Assembly (NCBI RefSeq): GCF_030684315.1
Contig: NC_081383.1
Span: 36,148,180 to 36,212,179, forward strand
Length of the DNA: 64,000 bases
DNA from: Stegostoma tigrinum
Lineage: Eukaryota
Direction of reading: 5' to 3'
This document shows positions 21,731 to 32,340 of this stretch, one piece after another. Every line of letters begins with the position of its first letter. The first letter of the stretch is position 1. The notes under the pieces were generated by a model. It did not search any database. It was not told the DNA's origin and worked only from the letters and a program-made list of their open reading frames with translations. A program made the translations under genes and the position numbers.

Positions 21731-23883
21731 TAGAATATCGTCCAAATTATGTCCTTTCACAAAATGATGAATATTTTGCAACAAAAATATTTTTACAAAG
21801 TGAATTGTTCATTTTTCACATCTTTTATCAAATGTTTTGTTGGAAGGCTTCGATGTCTCGCAAAGATGTGTGCCTGACTTTTTGTTCAAATGTAAGATGA
21901 CGAGTTGAATTTCTTTATTTTGGAGCTTATTTTGAAACCCAGCTGTTAAAAAGAAAAAATTTACATTGCAACTTTTTAGCTTTTACTTTGTCTATAAATA
22001 TCAGAAATTATCATAAGTTGCAGGTGTTAAATGTTAATTACTTTTGTTGCCACTAGGACTCTCAGTCAATTAAAATATATTTTCCTTATTCTATTTGATT
22101 AGGAAAAAAAAGACGTGAAACAAATCCAAACTTACTTCAGAGAAACATTTTAGACAGAAGAAGATACTCAAGTGAGGAGCTCCAGGTGCAGGAGATACTG
22201 GAGTGGGAAGAGTGGCTATTTCATAAAAGGGGACCAGCAAGGTACGCAAGACCTGAGATCAACTAATTTCTATATATGCTTTAAACCACCTTTCTTAGAC
22301 TTTTTAGTTTTCATTCATGTAAATTTATAGTCCTAGTAATTAGAGAAATACTTTTTATTAAAGATTTATAGGAGCTTTATACTAACATATTCAATTGTTG
22401 AAGGCTCTTGACAATCTCGTGTGCGGATGGACAGAAGTATGAAGTCAGAATGATGAACAGTGATTGAAGTAATGCATAATGGACTGCCTTGTGATTACTA
22501 TTCAACTGGACAAGTGTCCTTTTTGAAAACAAAAAGTCATTTTGCTTCAAACAACTGCAAAACTATTGTTATTTTCCAAATGGGCCTGACAAGATTAGAG
22601 ACTATTTACCTTTCAAGAAATCTTTGATATTAAATGCAGTTGTTTTCTTCGAGTTGAAGAATGAACTCGAGTACTTCAAAAGAATTGGCTTAAGATGGGA
22701 GAAAGCCACAGGATGGGAAGGAGAAAAGGCAAATATAACTCCCTGACAACAATGCAAGAACAGTGGCACATGGACGAATTTGAACAATTCCATTGCCCCA
22801 CATCTGACGTAGGTGTGAGCATTGACATGAATTACATATTTCCCTCCCTCAATGACTGTGCTGGTCTTCAGGGTATAATGAAGTGTATAAATTGTGAAGA
22901 GGTCTGTTTGGTGACTTGACCACTCATAGACAGATTGTTGATCTTGACATTATACTAGAATCTGGATAGTGTAGCCCAGGTAAGATTGGGGCTTTACAAG
23001 ACTTATGGTACAGAGATGGCAGTGAATAAAAGTACAATGCAATGGAAGTGAAGGGACAAAGAGTGTATTAGTGATGTTGAGGGATCTTAGAATGGAGTTT
23101 GTGAGGGATATATTTCATTTCCCCTCGACCCTACCATACTTCAACTTCTTTGTCCACTATATCCTGCCAGACATTCATTAGTTACCATCCAGAAGAAAAG
23201 TACAAAGAGGAAAAGACAGAAAGACAGAGAGAGAAGTTAGGTACAGAGAAGTACAAGAGAAAAATATACATAAACAGGATGGGAGAAGCAAAGCAAAAAT
23301 TACAGACACAGATGATTCAAATGCCCTAACAGATCATAAACAATTGCATCGAGGATCACATTACAAAGAAACAATTTCGCAATGCTGCAAAATCCTAAGG
23401 TGAAACTCCAGTACTGGTATTAACCTCACTGAGAAATAGATTTGTGGAGTATCATCAACTTGTTGACAGTGTAAAGAAGTAATATATGTTCTCAGAAAAG
23501 AAACCCAAAGCCATTATTTGCAAGTCAACCAGCTGCCCCAAACAGTTCAATATAGAAAAGTGTAATGGAAACAATAGCTAAGCAATATCCGAGACCAAGT
23601 GCCACCATTAGTGATCTGAATTTCTCTCACTTGGTTAGGCAGTTAGATGGGGAATGTAACATAAATCCACAATGCCTTTCCTGACATCCAATTCGTAGTG
23701 TAAATGCATTTTTTTACTTCATTACAGCATTTCCTCTGGTCTTGATGCAACTTAGCAACTCCAACCTTTCAGTAAAACCTCTTGGGCTTTTGACAGAGGA
23801 GAATGTAAACTAAGTAGAAGCGTTGCAACAGTGGTAACGTCACTGCACTAATAATCCAGAAACCCAGGTTAATGTTCTGGGAA

Positions 23884-24047
23884 GAGATAATGGGAACTGC
23901 AGATGCTGGAGAATCTGAGATAACAAGGTGGAGAGCTGGATGAACACAGCAGGTCAAGCAGCAGAGGAGCAGGAAGGCTGACATTTCAGGAAGGGTCTAG
24001 GCCTGAAATGTTAGCCTTCCTGCTCCTCTGATGCTGCTAGGACTGCT
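23884..24047 (-). mobile_element. Penelope-derived hairpin mini-element, family A, inserted in a DeuSINE head
   Basis: gagataatgggaactgcagatgctggagaatc...aggaaggctgacatttcag, then inverted gaagggtctaggcctgaaatgttagccttcctgctcctctg; SINE head at 23825-23880. Confidence 0.8.
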
Positions 24048-25346
24048 ATTTCTCATCCCTGTGTGGTATCAAGTGAGACACAAACAAATCCCCAAGGTAC
24101 AAGTAAACCACATGGGCTGAGTAAGTACAGCATGCTATCTGGTACCTCCTGGTGCACAGTCTAACAACAGTCACATAATGCAACATCTCAGCAGATTTAA
24201 GAAGAGGGAAAGACTTGAGATATAGAGCACTAATACCTCAGGTGACAAATGCAACACCAGGACCAGAAATTGTCAAGTTTACTTCTCAGTCTACGGTGAT
24301 TCAGTTGACCACAACCACCATTAAAAGTGGCCTTGGCATCTACAGGGCAGAGAAAGGAAAGATTGCTAAGGTTCTTTCCCGAATGGTGATGTGTTGTGAT
24401 GAAATCCATTTGTTTATGTATCCAATTGTGAATGTTAGGGAATCTGGTGTTCAACGGTTGCTAGGTGACTACATTCATAACTGCCTGGCTGGAATTTGTT
24501 ACAAGGCTTTCAACAAGCCACTCAGCATTATTCAAGTAATAAAGAGCAGCTCAAAGGATATTAGTGTTTGGAGTTAAGACCAGTACTACAGCATGGGGCA
24601 GAAGGCTCCATATTTGAGACTGTTGAGAAAGTAGCTGAACTATACAGATTCTGTGTGGTTTAAGGGAGCAGTCCCAAGAGTAATTGAATAATTCTGTGCA
24701 ATTATAGACTCAAGAAAGAGTTCTAGGAGTCGTTGGCACAGCTGAAAAAGATTAGAGCTCAGCAAAAAAAACAAGAACAAACATTCAAGGACTGAATAAG
24801 CTTGAAGTTTGCAGCCTGAAAAGTTGAAATACCATTTCCAGAATCCAGGAGAGTTTAGACCCTGAAAGAGGCAAAATAATAGAATGTGAGCAATCATTAA
24901 GGCATTCTATGATAGAGTGACTCAACAGTTTCACTGCCAGATTGTCAAAACTGAACCATCAGAATTCTGACGTTTGCACGACCCATTAGCCTTGGGGAAG
25001 TAGGATTATTTATAAATCCATGGTAACTGTCTTGATCATATTCACTGTGTGAGAATGTTCTGTGGAGTGTTCTACCATGATTGCCTGCTACTGTATTTAC
25101 CTCAAATTAATTCTGGATGCTAGAAAAAATTATATGGTTATTACAGGCTGTATTACTACTTTAACTTTATATAATAAAGTATGATTGTTCATTGGAAAGC
25201 GAAAATATGTGGCTTTAATCTCTAAGTACTTCGAATCTCTCGCTTGGTCAACATTATAAGTTACTTGTACTGAACCAGATTGCAAATTAAATCTTTCCAT
25301 CTTATTTAGGCTCGTAACATTATCTCTTAGGTGAGGATTTATCCTG

Positions 25347-26331
25347 GGATAGTAGGAACTGTAGATGCTGGAGAATCTGAGATAACAAGGTGTAGAGAGC
25401 TGGATGAACACAGCAAGCCAAGCGGCATCAGAGGAGCAGGAAGGCTGATGTTTTGGGCCTGAACGCTTCTTCAGAAATGGCAGAGGGGAAGGGGTTCTGA
25501 AATAAATCGGGGGAGATGGATAGAGGAGAAGATGGGTGGAGAGGAGACAGACTGGTCAAAGAGTCCGGGATGGAGCCAGTAAAGGTGAGTGTAGGTGGGG
25601 AGGAGATACGTCAGGCCAGGGAGGACAGACAGGTCAAGGGGGTGGGATGAAGCTGGCAGATAGGAGATGGAGTGGGGCTTGAGGTGGGAGGAGGGGAATA
25701 GGTGAGAGGAAGAACAGGTTAGGGAGATGGGATGAGTTTGGCTGATTTTGGGATGTGGTAGGGGGAGCAGAGATTTTGAAGCTTGTGAAGTCCACGTTGA
25801 TACCATTGGGCTGCAGGGTTCCCAAGCGGAATGAGTTGCTGTTCCTGCAACCTTTGGGTAGCATAGTTGTGGCACTGGAGGCCCAAGATGGTCATGTTGT
25901 CAGTGGAATGGGAGGGGGGACTTCACAAGCTTCAACATCTCCCCTTCCCCTACCACATCCCAAAACTAGCCCAGCTTGTCCCTGCCTCCCTAACCTATCC
26001 TTCCTCTCACCTATTCCCCTCCTCCCATCTCACGCCCCACCCCATCTCCTACCTACTAACTTCATCCCACCCCCTTGACCTGTCCGTCCTCCCTGGCCTG
26101 ACCTATCTCCTCCCCACCTACACACACCTTTACTGGCTCCATCCCAGACTCTTTGACCTGTCTCCTCTCCACCTATCTTCTCCTCTACCCACCTCCCCCA
26201 TCTCCCTATTTATTTCAGAACACCCTTCCCCTCCCTCGTTTCTGGAGGGTCTAGGCCCGAAACATCAGCCTTCCTGCTCCTCTGATGCTGCTTGGCCTGC
26301 TGTGTTTATCCAGCTCTACACCTTGTTACCG
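25347..26331 (-). mobile_element. Truncated Penelope-like element with ~400-bp inverted arms and GIY-YIG C-terminal fragment
   Basis: ORF 25634-25864(-) contains FRLGTLQPNGINVDF. 25375-25795 is the inverted counterpart of 25920-26330. TSD gaggatttatcctg (25333-25346) / gaggattcattctg (26332-26345). Confidence 0.85.
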
Positions 26332-27405
26332 GAGGATTCATTCTGTTTAGTGGGATCACCATTATCAGGCGAGGTTACTTTGTGGCATTATTAGCAGTTC
26401 AGCTGAGATCCACAGATCTAGAATGTTTTGATTTAGGTGGAATTATATCACATTGCTGGTGTACTTTTTCATTGAAATAAAGGCAAAGACTTGCTAGGGA
26501 GATTTGGCATATGCATGATACTATATGAACTGTTGGAGGGCATGTAAATATGCTTAAACTTGCCTAGGTCACCAAGATGCACTAAAATCATGTTCTTACC
26601 TGATATTCAAAACTCAAATCAACCCTTTTAAAAAAATCAAATTAGTTTGTCTGGGCCACAGATTTGATGTTAATCCATTCTAGTTCCATTTGATAATATA
26701 TCACCAGAACTTACTATTAATACAATATTAACAAAAACAACAAAAATTGACAAATTAAACCTTTCGAATATCTTATTGTTTTCAGAGGTTTAGTTTTGAA
26801 CTGAGAGGTTGATGGTCACATTCCTTGGTTAAGATGGTCTGAATTTTGAAATGTCAAATCATACTTATTTTGAATCCCAATCACTGCACTTACAAATCTC
26901 ACTCATTGGTGCCTTTCCAAACTTGCTCTCAATCTTTTACACCACTGCTAAGGAGCAACCTGATGGTCAATATTGTGTAGACCTTCCCTCATTGATGATT
27001 TCAGTATGCCCATTTGTGACATTAAGGTGCTCTGCAACTCTGACTAATACTCTCTCTTCATGAAGTATTTGCTAAGCATTGTGTGTGGAAAGGAGACATA
27101 GTTCAGAAGGCATTATAGTATCCATGGAATTGTACCTTAAGGCTTTCACTAGACAGAGTGGGGTGGACAAAATATCTTTTTAAAAAATGGCAGACCGTGG
27201 CAGTACGAGTACAACCAGATAATTCCTACTTGCACTGATTTCCCCTTCTAAAAAAAAAGCCTTATCTCGTCAAAAGTTCACTGGCAGCATTCAGCCATGA
27301 ATAACAGTTTCAAAATAGTAATGTCACATTATTCAAAGAGGGGTGTCACATCTTCACTTAATAATTCACATGGAAAATAGTTGGATGAACATCCATCTGA
27401 CTCAA

Positions 27406-27597
27406 AGACAATGGGAACTGCAGATGCTGGAGAATCCAAGATGATAAAGTGTGAAGCTGGATGAACACAGCAGGCCAAGCAGCATCTCAGGAGCACAAAA
27501 GCTGACGTTTCAGGCCTAGTCTAGGCCCAAAACATCAGCTTCTGTGCTCCTGAGATGCTGCTTGGCCTGCTGTGTTCATCCAGTTTCACACTTTATT
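27406..27597 (-). mobile_element. Penelope-derived hairpin mini-element, family A, perfect 15-bp TSD
   Basis: atccatctgactcaa at 27391-27405 and 27598-27612; arms fold back at ggcctag|tctaggcc. Confidence 0.9.
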
Positions 27598-28224
27598 ATC
27601 CATCTGACTCAATGCAGCTTCAAGCCAACTGTATAAGAAACTTACCAGATTTGATCCTTAATTTCTTTGGGGTTAATCAGTGTCAGTGTAATAGTAGGAG
27701 TGCTCCAGAGTGCTTCTACAATTGTGAGTTAAACAGCTTAGCATTCACCTACTATTGGATAAAGTCATATATAGGTTTTGTTCTGATGCCTCACACCAGT
27801 CTAAACCAAGAAGAGAGGAGACAAGGATGGCTACACAAACAAGTTACTCGATATTCCTGTGACTAGTAAACAGCATGAGTCTAAGATTTCAGGAGTAAGA
27901 GGGACAAAAATAAGAAATAATTTTGATTTATGTACTACATTACTTAGCATTATGTATCACATTAAAATCATGTCTCCTGAACCTGAATGAATGAAATATC
28001 ACTAATATTTTCAGTTTCCAACTACATTGCCAGCAACCATGGTATAATTATCATGAGTAAATTTGGGAGAAAAAAGAAATGGGTCAGAATTCTTAGTCCT
28101 GGTGACATTTGCTGGTGTACAAAGAATATCAAGCGAACACTTCAGATTCAGCTGTGATTTCATCAACAGTAAAATATCCTGGTGCCATTCACTTTCCAGA
28201 TCACAAAAAATAAAATGCCCATCT

Positions 28225-28335
28225 TAGAGTCCCTTCAGACCAGACATCCCAATCTGAACTAGTCCCATTTGTCAGCATTTGGCCCAAATGCCTCTAAAGT
28301 GTTTCTATTCATATACCCATCTAGATGCCTTTAAC
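28225..28335 (-). mobile_element. CR1 3' fragment
   Basis: aatctgaactagtcccatttgtcagcatttggccca...cctctaaa...atccatctagatgccttt-like tail, reverse complement of 49030-49110. Confidence 0.7.
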
Positions 28336-29237
28336 AACGATACTTTTGTTCTATTCTCTAATGGCTCCGAGAAGTATGAAAAAAAGGCTGTGCGTGTCTC
28401 AATCCTGAAAGATCAGCATTTATGAGTTGGCTTCTGCTGCTCATAAAACTTCAATGCAATTTTTTTAATCCTAGCAGCAGATCCAGTTACGAATCTTGAG
28501 TCATTGAAATTGGAATAAAATGTTTAAACATAATAACATTATTACATCCGCAATGAAAGGGAAAACAGTGGCAGCAAGGGGTTTCGTTCTTAATAAAAAT
28601 TAGATCTGGAAAGCACAAGAAATACACAAAAATTAATTCTTACATTGTTGGATTAAATATTAGGAAGTATTAGTTTTGGCAAGTATCAGCTCCACAGGCT
28701 TTCAAAAGGCATCTGATTGAGCTCAAGGAAAAGGTAGTGACGTTTTATGAACCTAGATTGAAGAAGAGTGAATGCCTAGCTGCTGGCAGTACACATCAAA
28801 ACATTTGAGTGGAACCTTATTCATCTGATGCACAAACCTCTTAAAGTTGCATTAGTGACATCATGTAGCATGGTGCCAGAATCGAGAGATAACCAAAAGC
28901 TTGGGTGAAAAATGAGATTATGAGAGGACTTTCTTTTTAAGGAGTCAAAGGGGTTCAGTCAAGACTCCAGCTAATGAGATAAAGCCGAAAACAACCAAAA
29001 TCATTACACAACAATAGGAGGAACAAATACATGAAATAGGCTAGAGTCAGATGCATGATGAGATGGAGGAGGCACCTCTTGAGATGATGGAGTCAGGCAT
29101 TAATTCAGGCTCGAGAAGAATTTAAAGATGAAATGAAAATTTGAAATTTCAGCATAAGGAGCGAGTGAGTAATTGTAAAACTGCCACTTCCATGCCAATT
29201 AGAAGTCAGAACCAAACACAATTAGAGAGTTTCATTT

Positions 29238-30012
29238 ATGATAAAATGTGAGGCTGGATGAACACAGCAGGCCAAGCAGCATCTCAGGAGCACAAAAGCT
29301 GACGTTTCGGGCCTAGACCTCCGCTCAGTTCGCAACAAACAACTGCACCTCCCAGTCGCAAACCATTTCCACTCCCCTTCCCATTCTTTAGATGACATGT
29401 CCATCATGGGCCTCCTGCACTGCCACAATGATGCCACCCAAAGGTTGCAGGAACAGCAACTCATATTCCGCCTGGGAACCCTGCAGCCATATGGTATCAA
29501 TGTGGACTTCACCAGTTTCAAAATTTCCCCTTCCCCTACTGCACCCCTAAACCAGCCCAGTTCGTCCCCTCCCCCCACAGCACCACACAAACAGCCCAGC
29601 TCTTCCCCCCCAACCACTGCATCCCAAAACCAGTCCAACCTGTCTCTGCCTCCCTAACTGGTTCTTCCTCTCACCCATCCCTTCCTCCCACCCCAAGCCG
29701 CACCCCCATCTACCTACTAACCTCATCCCACCTCCTTGACCTGTCCGTCTTCCCCGGACTGACCTATCCCCTCCCTACCTCCCCACCTATACTCTCCTCT
29801 CCACCTATCTTCTTTTCTCTCCATCTTCGGTCCGCCTCCCCCTCTCTCCCTATTTATTCCAGTTCCCTCTCCCCATCCCCCTCTCTGATGAAGGGTCTAG
29901 GCCCGAAACGTCAGCTTTTGTGCTCCTGAGATGCTGCTTGGCCTGCTGTGTTCATCCAGCCTCACATTTTATTATCTTGGAATTCTGCAGCATCTGCAGT
30001 TCCCATTATCTC
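29238..30012 (+). mobile_element. Young 5'-truncated Penelope-like element: inverted tail + GIY-YIG C-terminus + pLTR, perfect 15-bp TSD
   Basis: PVANHFHSPSHSLDDMSIMGLLHCHNDATQRLQEQQLIFRLGTLQPYGINVDF is the PLE GIY-YIG end. 29241-29319 is an essentially perfect inverted copy of 29894-29972. TSD tagagagtttcattt at 29223-29237 and 30013-30027. Confidence 0.92.
29883..29914 (+). ncRNA. Minimal hammerhead-ribozyme-like motif in the Penelope pLTR
   Basis: CUGAUGA (29885-29891), A, GGG-UCUAGG-CCC stem II, GAAA, CGUC. Stem III is the loopless palindrome ACGU; predicted cleavage after C29912; stem I is only 2 bp. Confidence 0.65.
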
Positions 30013-30137
30013 TAGAGAGTTTCATTTGCCTGCTTTGCACAAAGCCCAATTTCCAAGCTTCTAAATGTCATAATTTATTTCCATTAAATAGGTTTTCCAA
30101 GTGTTAGTCCCATAAGATTCTTTGTCAGAACTCCAAT

Positions 30138-30262
30138 TCTGAAGAGGGAACAAATTGGACTCGAAAATGTTAAATATGTTTTTGTCTTTGCAGGTGCTGC
30201 CAGACCTGCTGACTTCTCCAGCATTGTCTTTTTACTTCAGATCTCCAGCATTAACTTTTGTT
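30138..30262 (+). mobile_element. Penelope-derived short element, family B, 9-bp TSD
   Basis: ttctgaagagggaac...ctcgaaaatgttaa...ggtgctgccagacctgctga; tccaattct at 30132-30140 and 30263-30271. Confidence 0.7.
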
Positions 30263-31245
30263 TCCAATTCTCAGACCTGGGTGCAAAATGAAGACATTAA
30301 AAAACAGAAAACACTGGCTAAGTAAATGTCAAAAGAAGAGCCTGAACAATATTTCAAACAGTATTTATTCCAGTCTACATACTTCAGGCCTGCTGTTTAT
30401 TCCACTGGACTGTACAGCAATTTTGTGCATTTTGTGAAAACTGGACATAAAAACAGTAATTTCTCATAAAAAAAGTCTGTACAGCATGGTTCCCAAACAC
30501 CCCAATACAAATTACTCCTATACAGGTGACATACAATATGGAATGATGATTCTTCAAAATAAAATCACGTCCCTGTTATGCATTTCTTTTTGTTGAAATA
30601 CAAAAACACATAATGTGTTATTCCTCTTTTGGGCACATTTTTGTTGTAGGGCATCCAACAGATGTGATTTGTCCATCATGTCAGGTCTGGCTTCTGGATA
30701 TTTCTGCATTACTCTACTCTAAAAAGCCAGAAACAAAAGTTAATTTTAAAAGTTCTATTGTTCATTTGGAGTTGGAGTGTTATCAGATCCAATCATTTCT
30801 CTCACAGTTAAGAATTAATGAGCCAAATTTCAGATTGCTGAAACAAAACCCTGTAGTCAATTCACTAGCAAAGCCTCATATGCAACACAGCAAAAAAGAT
30901 GAAAAAGACAAGACAGGTATATTTACCTGTTCACCTTACAGGGCAATGAATTGTGACCGACAAAATGTAACATGCTCTAGCCACCCTGTTTCCTTTGATA
31001 GTAATATTTACACATGACCTCCTGACTAATATGAATCTACTGACCCACAACTAAATGATTAATTTATCCATTAATGAGGCAACAACAGTTGTAACCACTA
31101 TGCACAATCTTTCAGGGCCTCAACATTCAAACTGGTCAAATGGTCAAAGTAACAACACTCAAAAGAAAAGTATGAACTCACAATGTTACCCGTCTGATCT
31201 CTTTATAAATCTGGGATTAATGGATCTATGCTTAGAGTATTTTTT

Positions 31246-31435
31246 TTTATTTCCATTAAATAGGTTTTCCAAGTGTTAGTCCCATAAGATTCTTTGTCAG
31301 AACTCCAATTCTGAAGAGGGAACAAATTGGACTCGAAAATGTTAAATATGTTTTTGTCTTTGCAGGTGCATACTTCAGGCCTGCTGTTTATTCCACTGGA
31401 CTGTACAGCAATTTTGTGCATTTTGTGAAAACTGG
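31246..31435. repeat. Exact local copy of 30074-30197 joined to 30379-30444
   Basis: 124 bp + 66 bp identical by eye, with 181 bp skipped and a 1-nt C microhomology at the junction; T9 run at 31240-31248 at the left edge. Confidence 0.95.
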
Positions 31436-32254
31436 TTCAAATCAAATCTAGTTTCAACTTCACAGACCAGTTTTCAAATGTGGCTCACAAGCCACACAAT
31501 GCCCTTAACTAAATCCACTTTAACATAGAAAGAGATTTTGATTTGGGATCTTTCAGTTTCGTTCAAATTACTTAGGAATACCAACTTGGAAAACTGCTCA
31601 AATAACAGCACGTGGATCAAATGTAATACCCAATCCCTATCAACTAAATCAACTCAGGCATAACTTACGTTGATTAGTTATCATTGTGTTTGTAGCCCTG
31701 GGGATTTGCAAAATAAACAATTATTGCTACAATATTGGATAAATTTAATTGGAAAAAAAGGATCTTTTAGCTTTCAGTAAATTCAGATATACACTGTTTA
31801 CGGGAGATGTAATTTTATATTTGACCTCCTAAAGATTTGCTGTAATTCAAATTTAAATCACAATCACCTTAGATTACCACTGTTCATGGCAGAAGAAAAC
31901 TAGTACAGTCCCAGAGGTCTTTCATGTCATGCTTATTGATTGATCAGGAACAAACTGATTAAGTTTTGTTTTACCTGTAGGCTCGGTGGTTGTGATTGGC
32001 AAGGTGCTGGGAGACTGGCATTTGTTCCCACAATTTCAACTAATGTGGCCTCTTCAGTCCTGACACAAAATGATAACTGAAGCCAATGGGAGTATTTACT
32101 GAATTTTGATCTGGGACACATTCATTATCCAGGGGTCAGCCTTCTGCCCACTTCGAAACCCACTTCCAAGATTCTAGGCTTCAATGTTTCATTTATAAGT
32201 GGCTTCAGCAAACTACAATACAGTATTATTTATTCCAACTTCATTGAAGGTAGA

Positions 32255-32340
32255 CCTGCCCTTAGGGTAGGCTGATTCAGGGATGCTGCCCTGGGCCCTG
32301 CACTTTGAAGGCCTTGCGCTGAACATAGCTCCCTGGGTGG
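32255..32340. mobile_element. Possible ancient hAT-type MITE end
   Basis: GC-rich island cccttagggtaggctgattcagggatgctgccctgggccctgcactttgaaggcc resembling the subterminal sequence of old vertebrate hAT MITEs. Confidence 0.35.

Noticed and set aside
24215-24577. 120-aa plus-strand ORF
   Set aside because: No recognisable domain or splice context; the minus strand has faint RT-like words, so a decayed LINE is more likely.
25471-26394. Several 100-175 aa Pro/Ser-rich ORFs
   Set aside because: They come from the CT-rich Penelope pLTR on both strands and are not host genes.
14800-30000. Search for CCL25 or TIMM44 exons expected from human synteny
   Set aside because: No CC-chemokine or TIMM44-like coding sequence was recognised by eye.
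30197-30378. Skipped segment as a precisely spliced GT-AG intron (processed copy)
   Set aside because: Exact GT-AG removal would give ggtg|atac but the copy reads ggtgcatac, one base longer; kept only as a weaker possibility.
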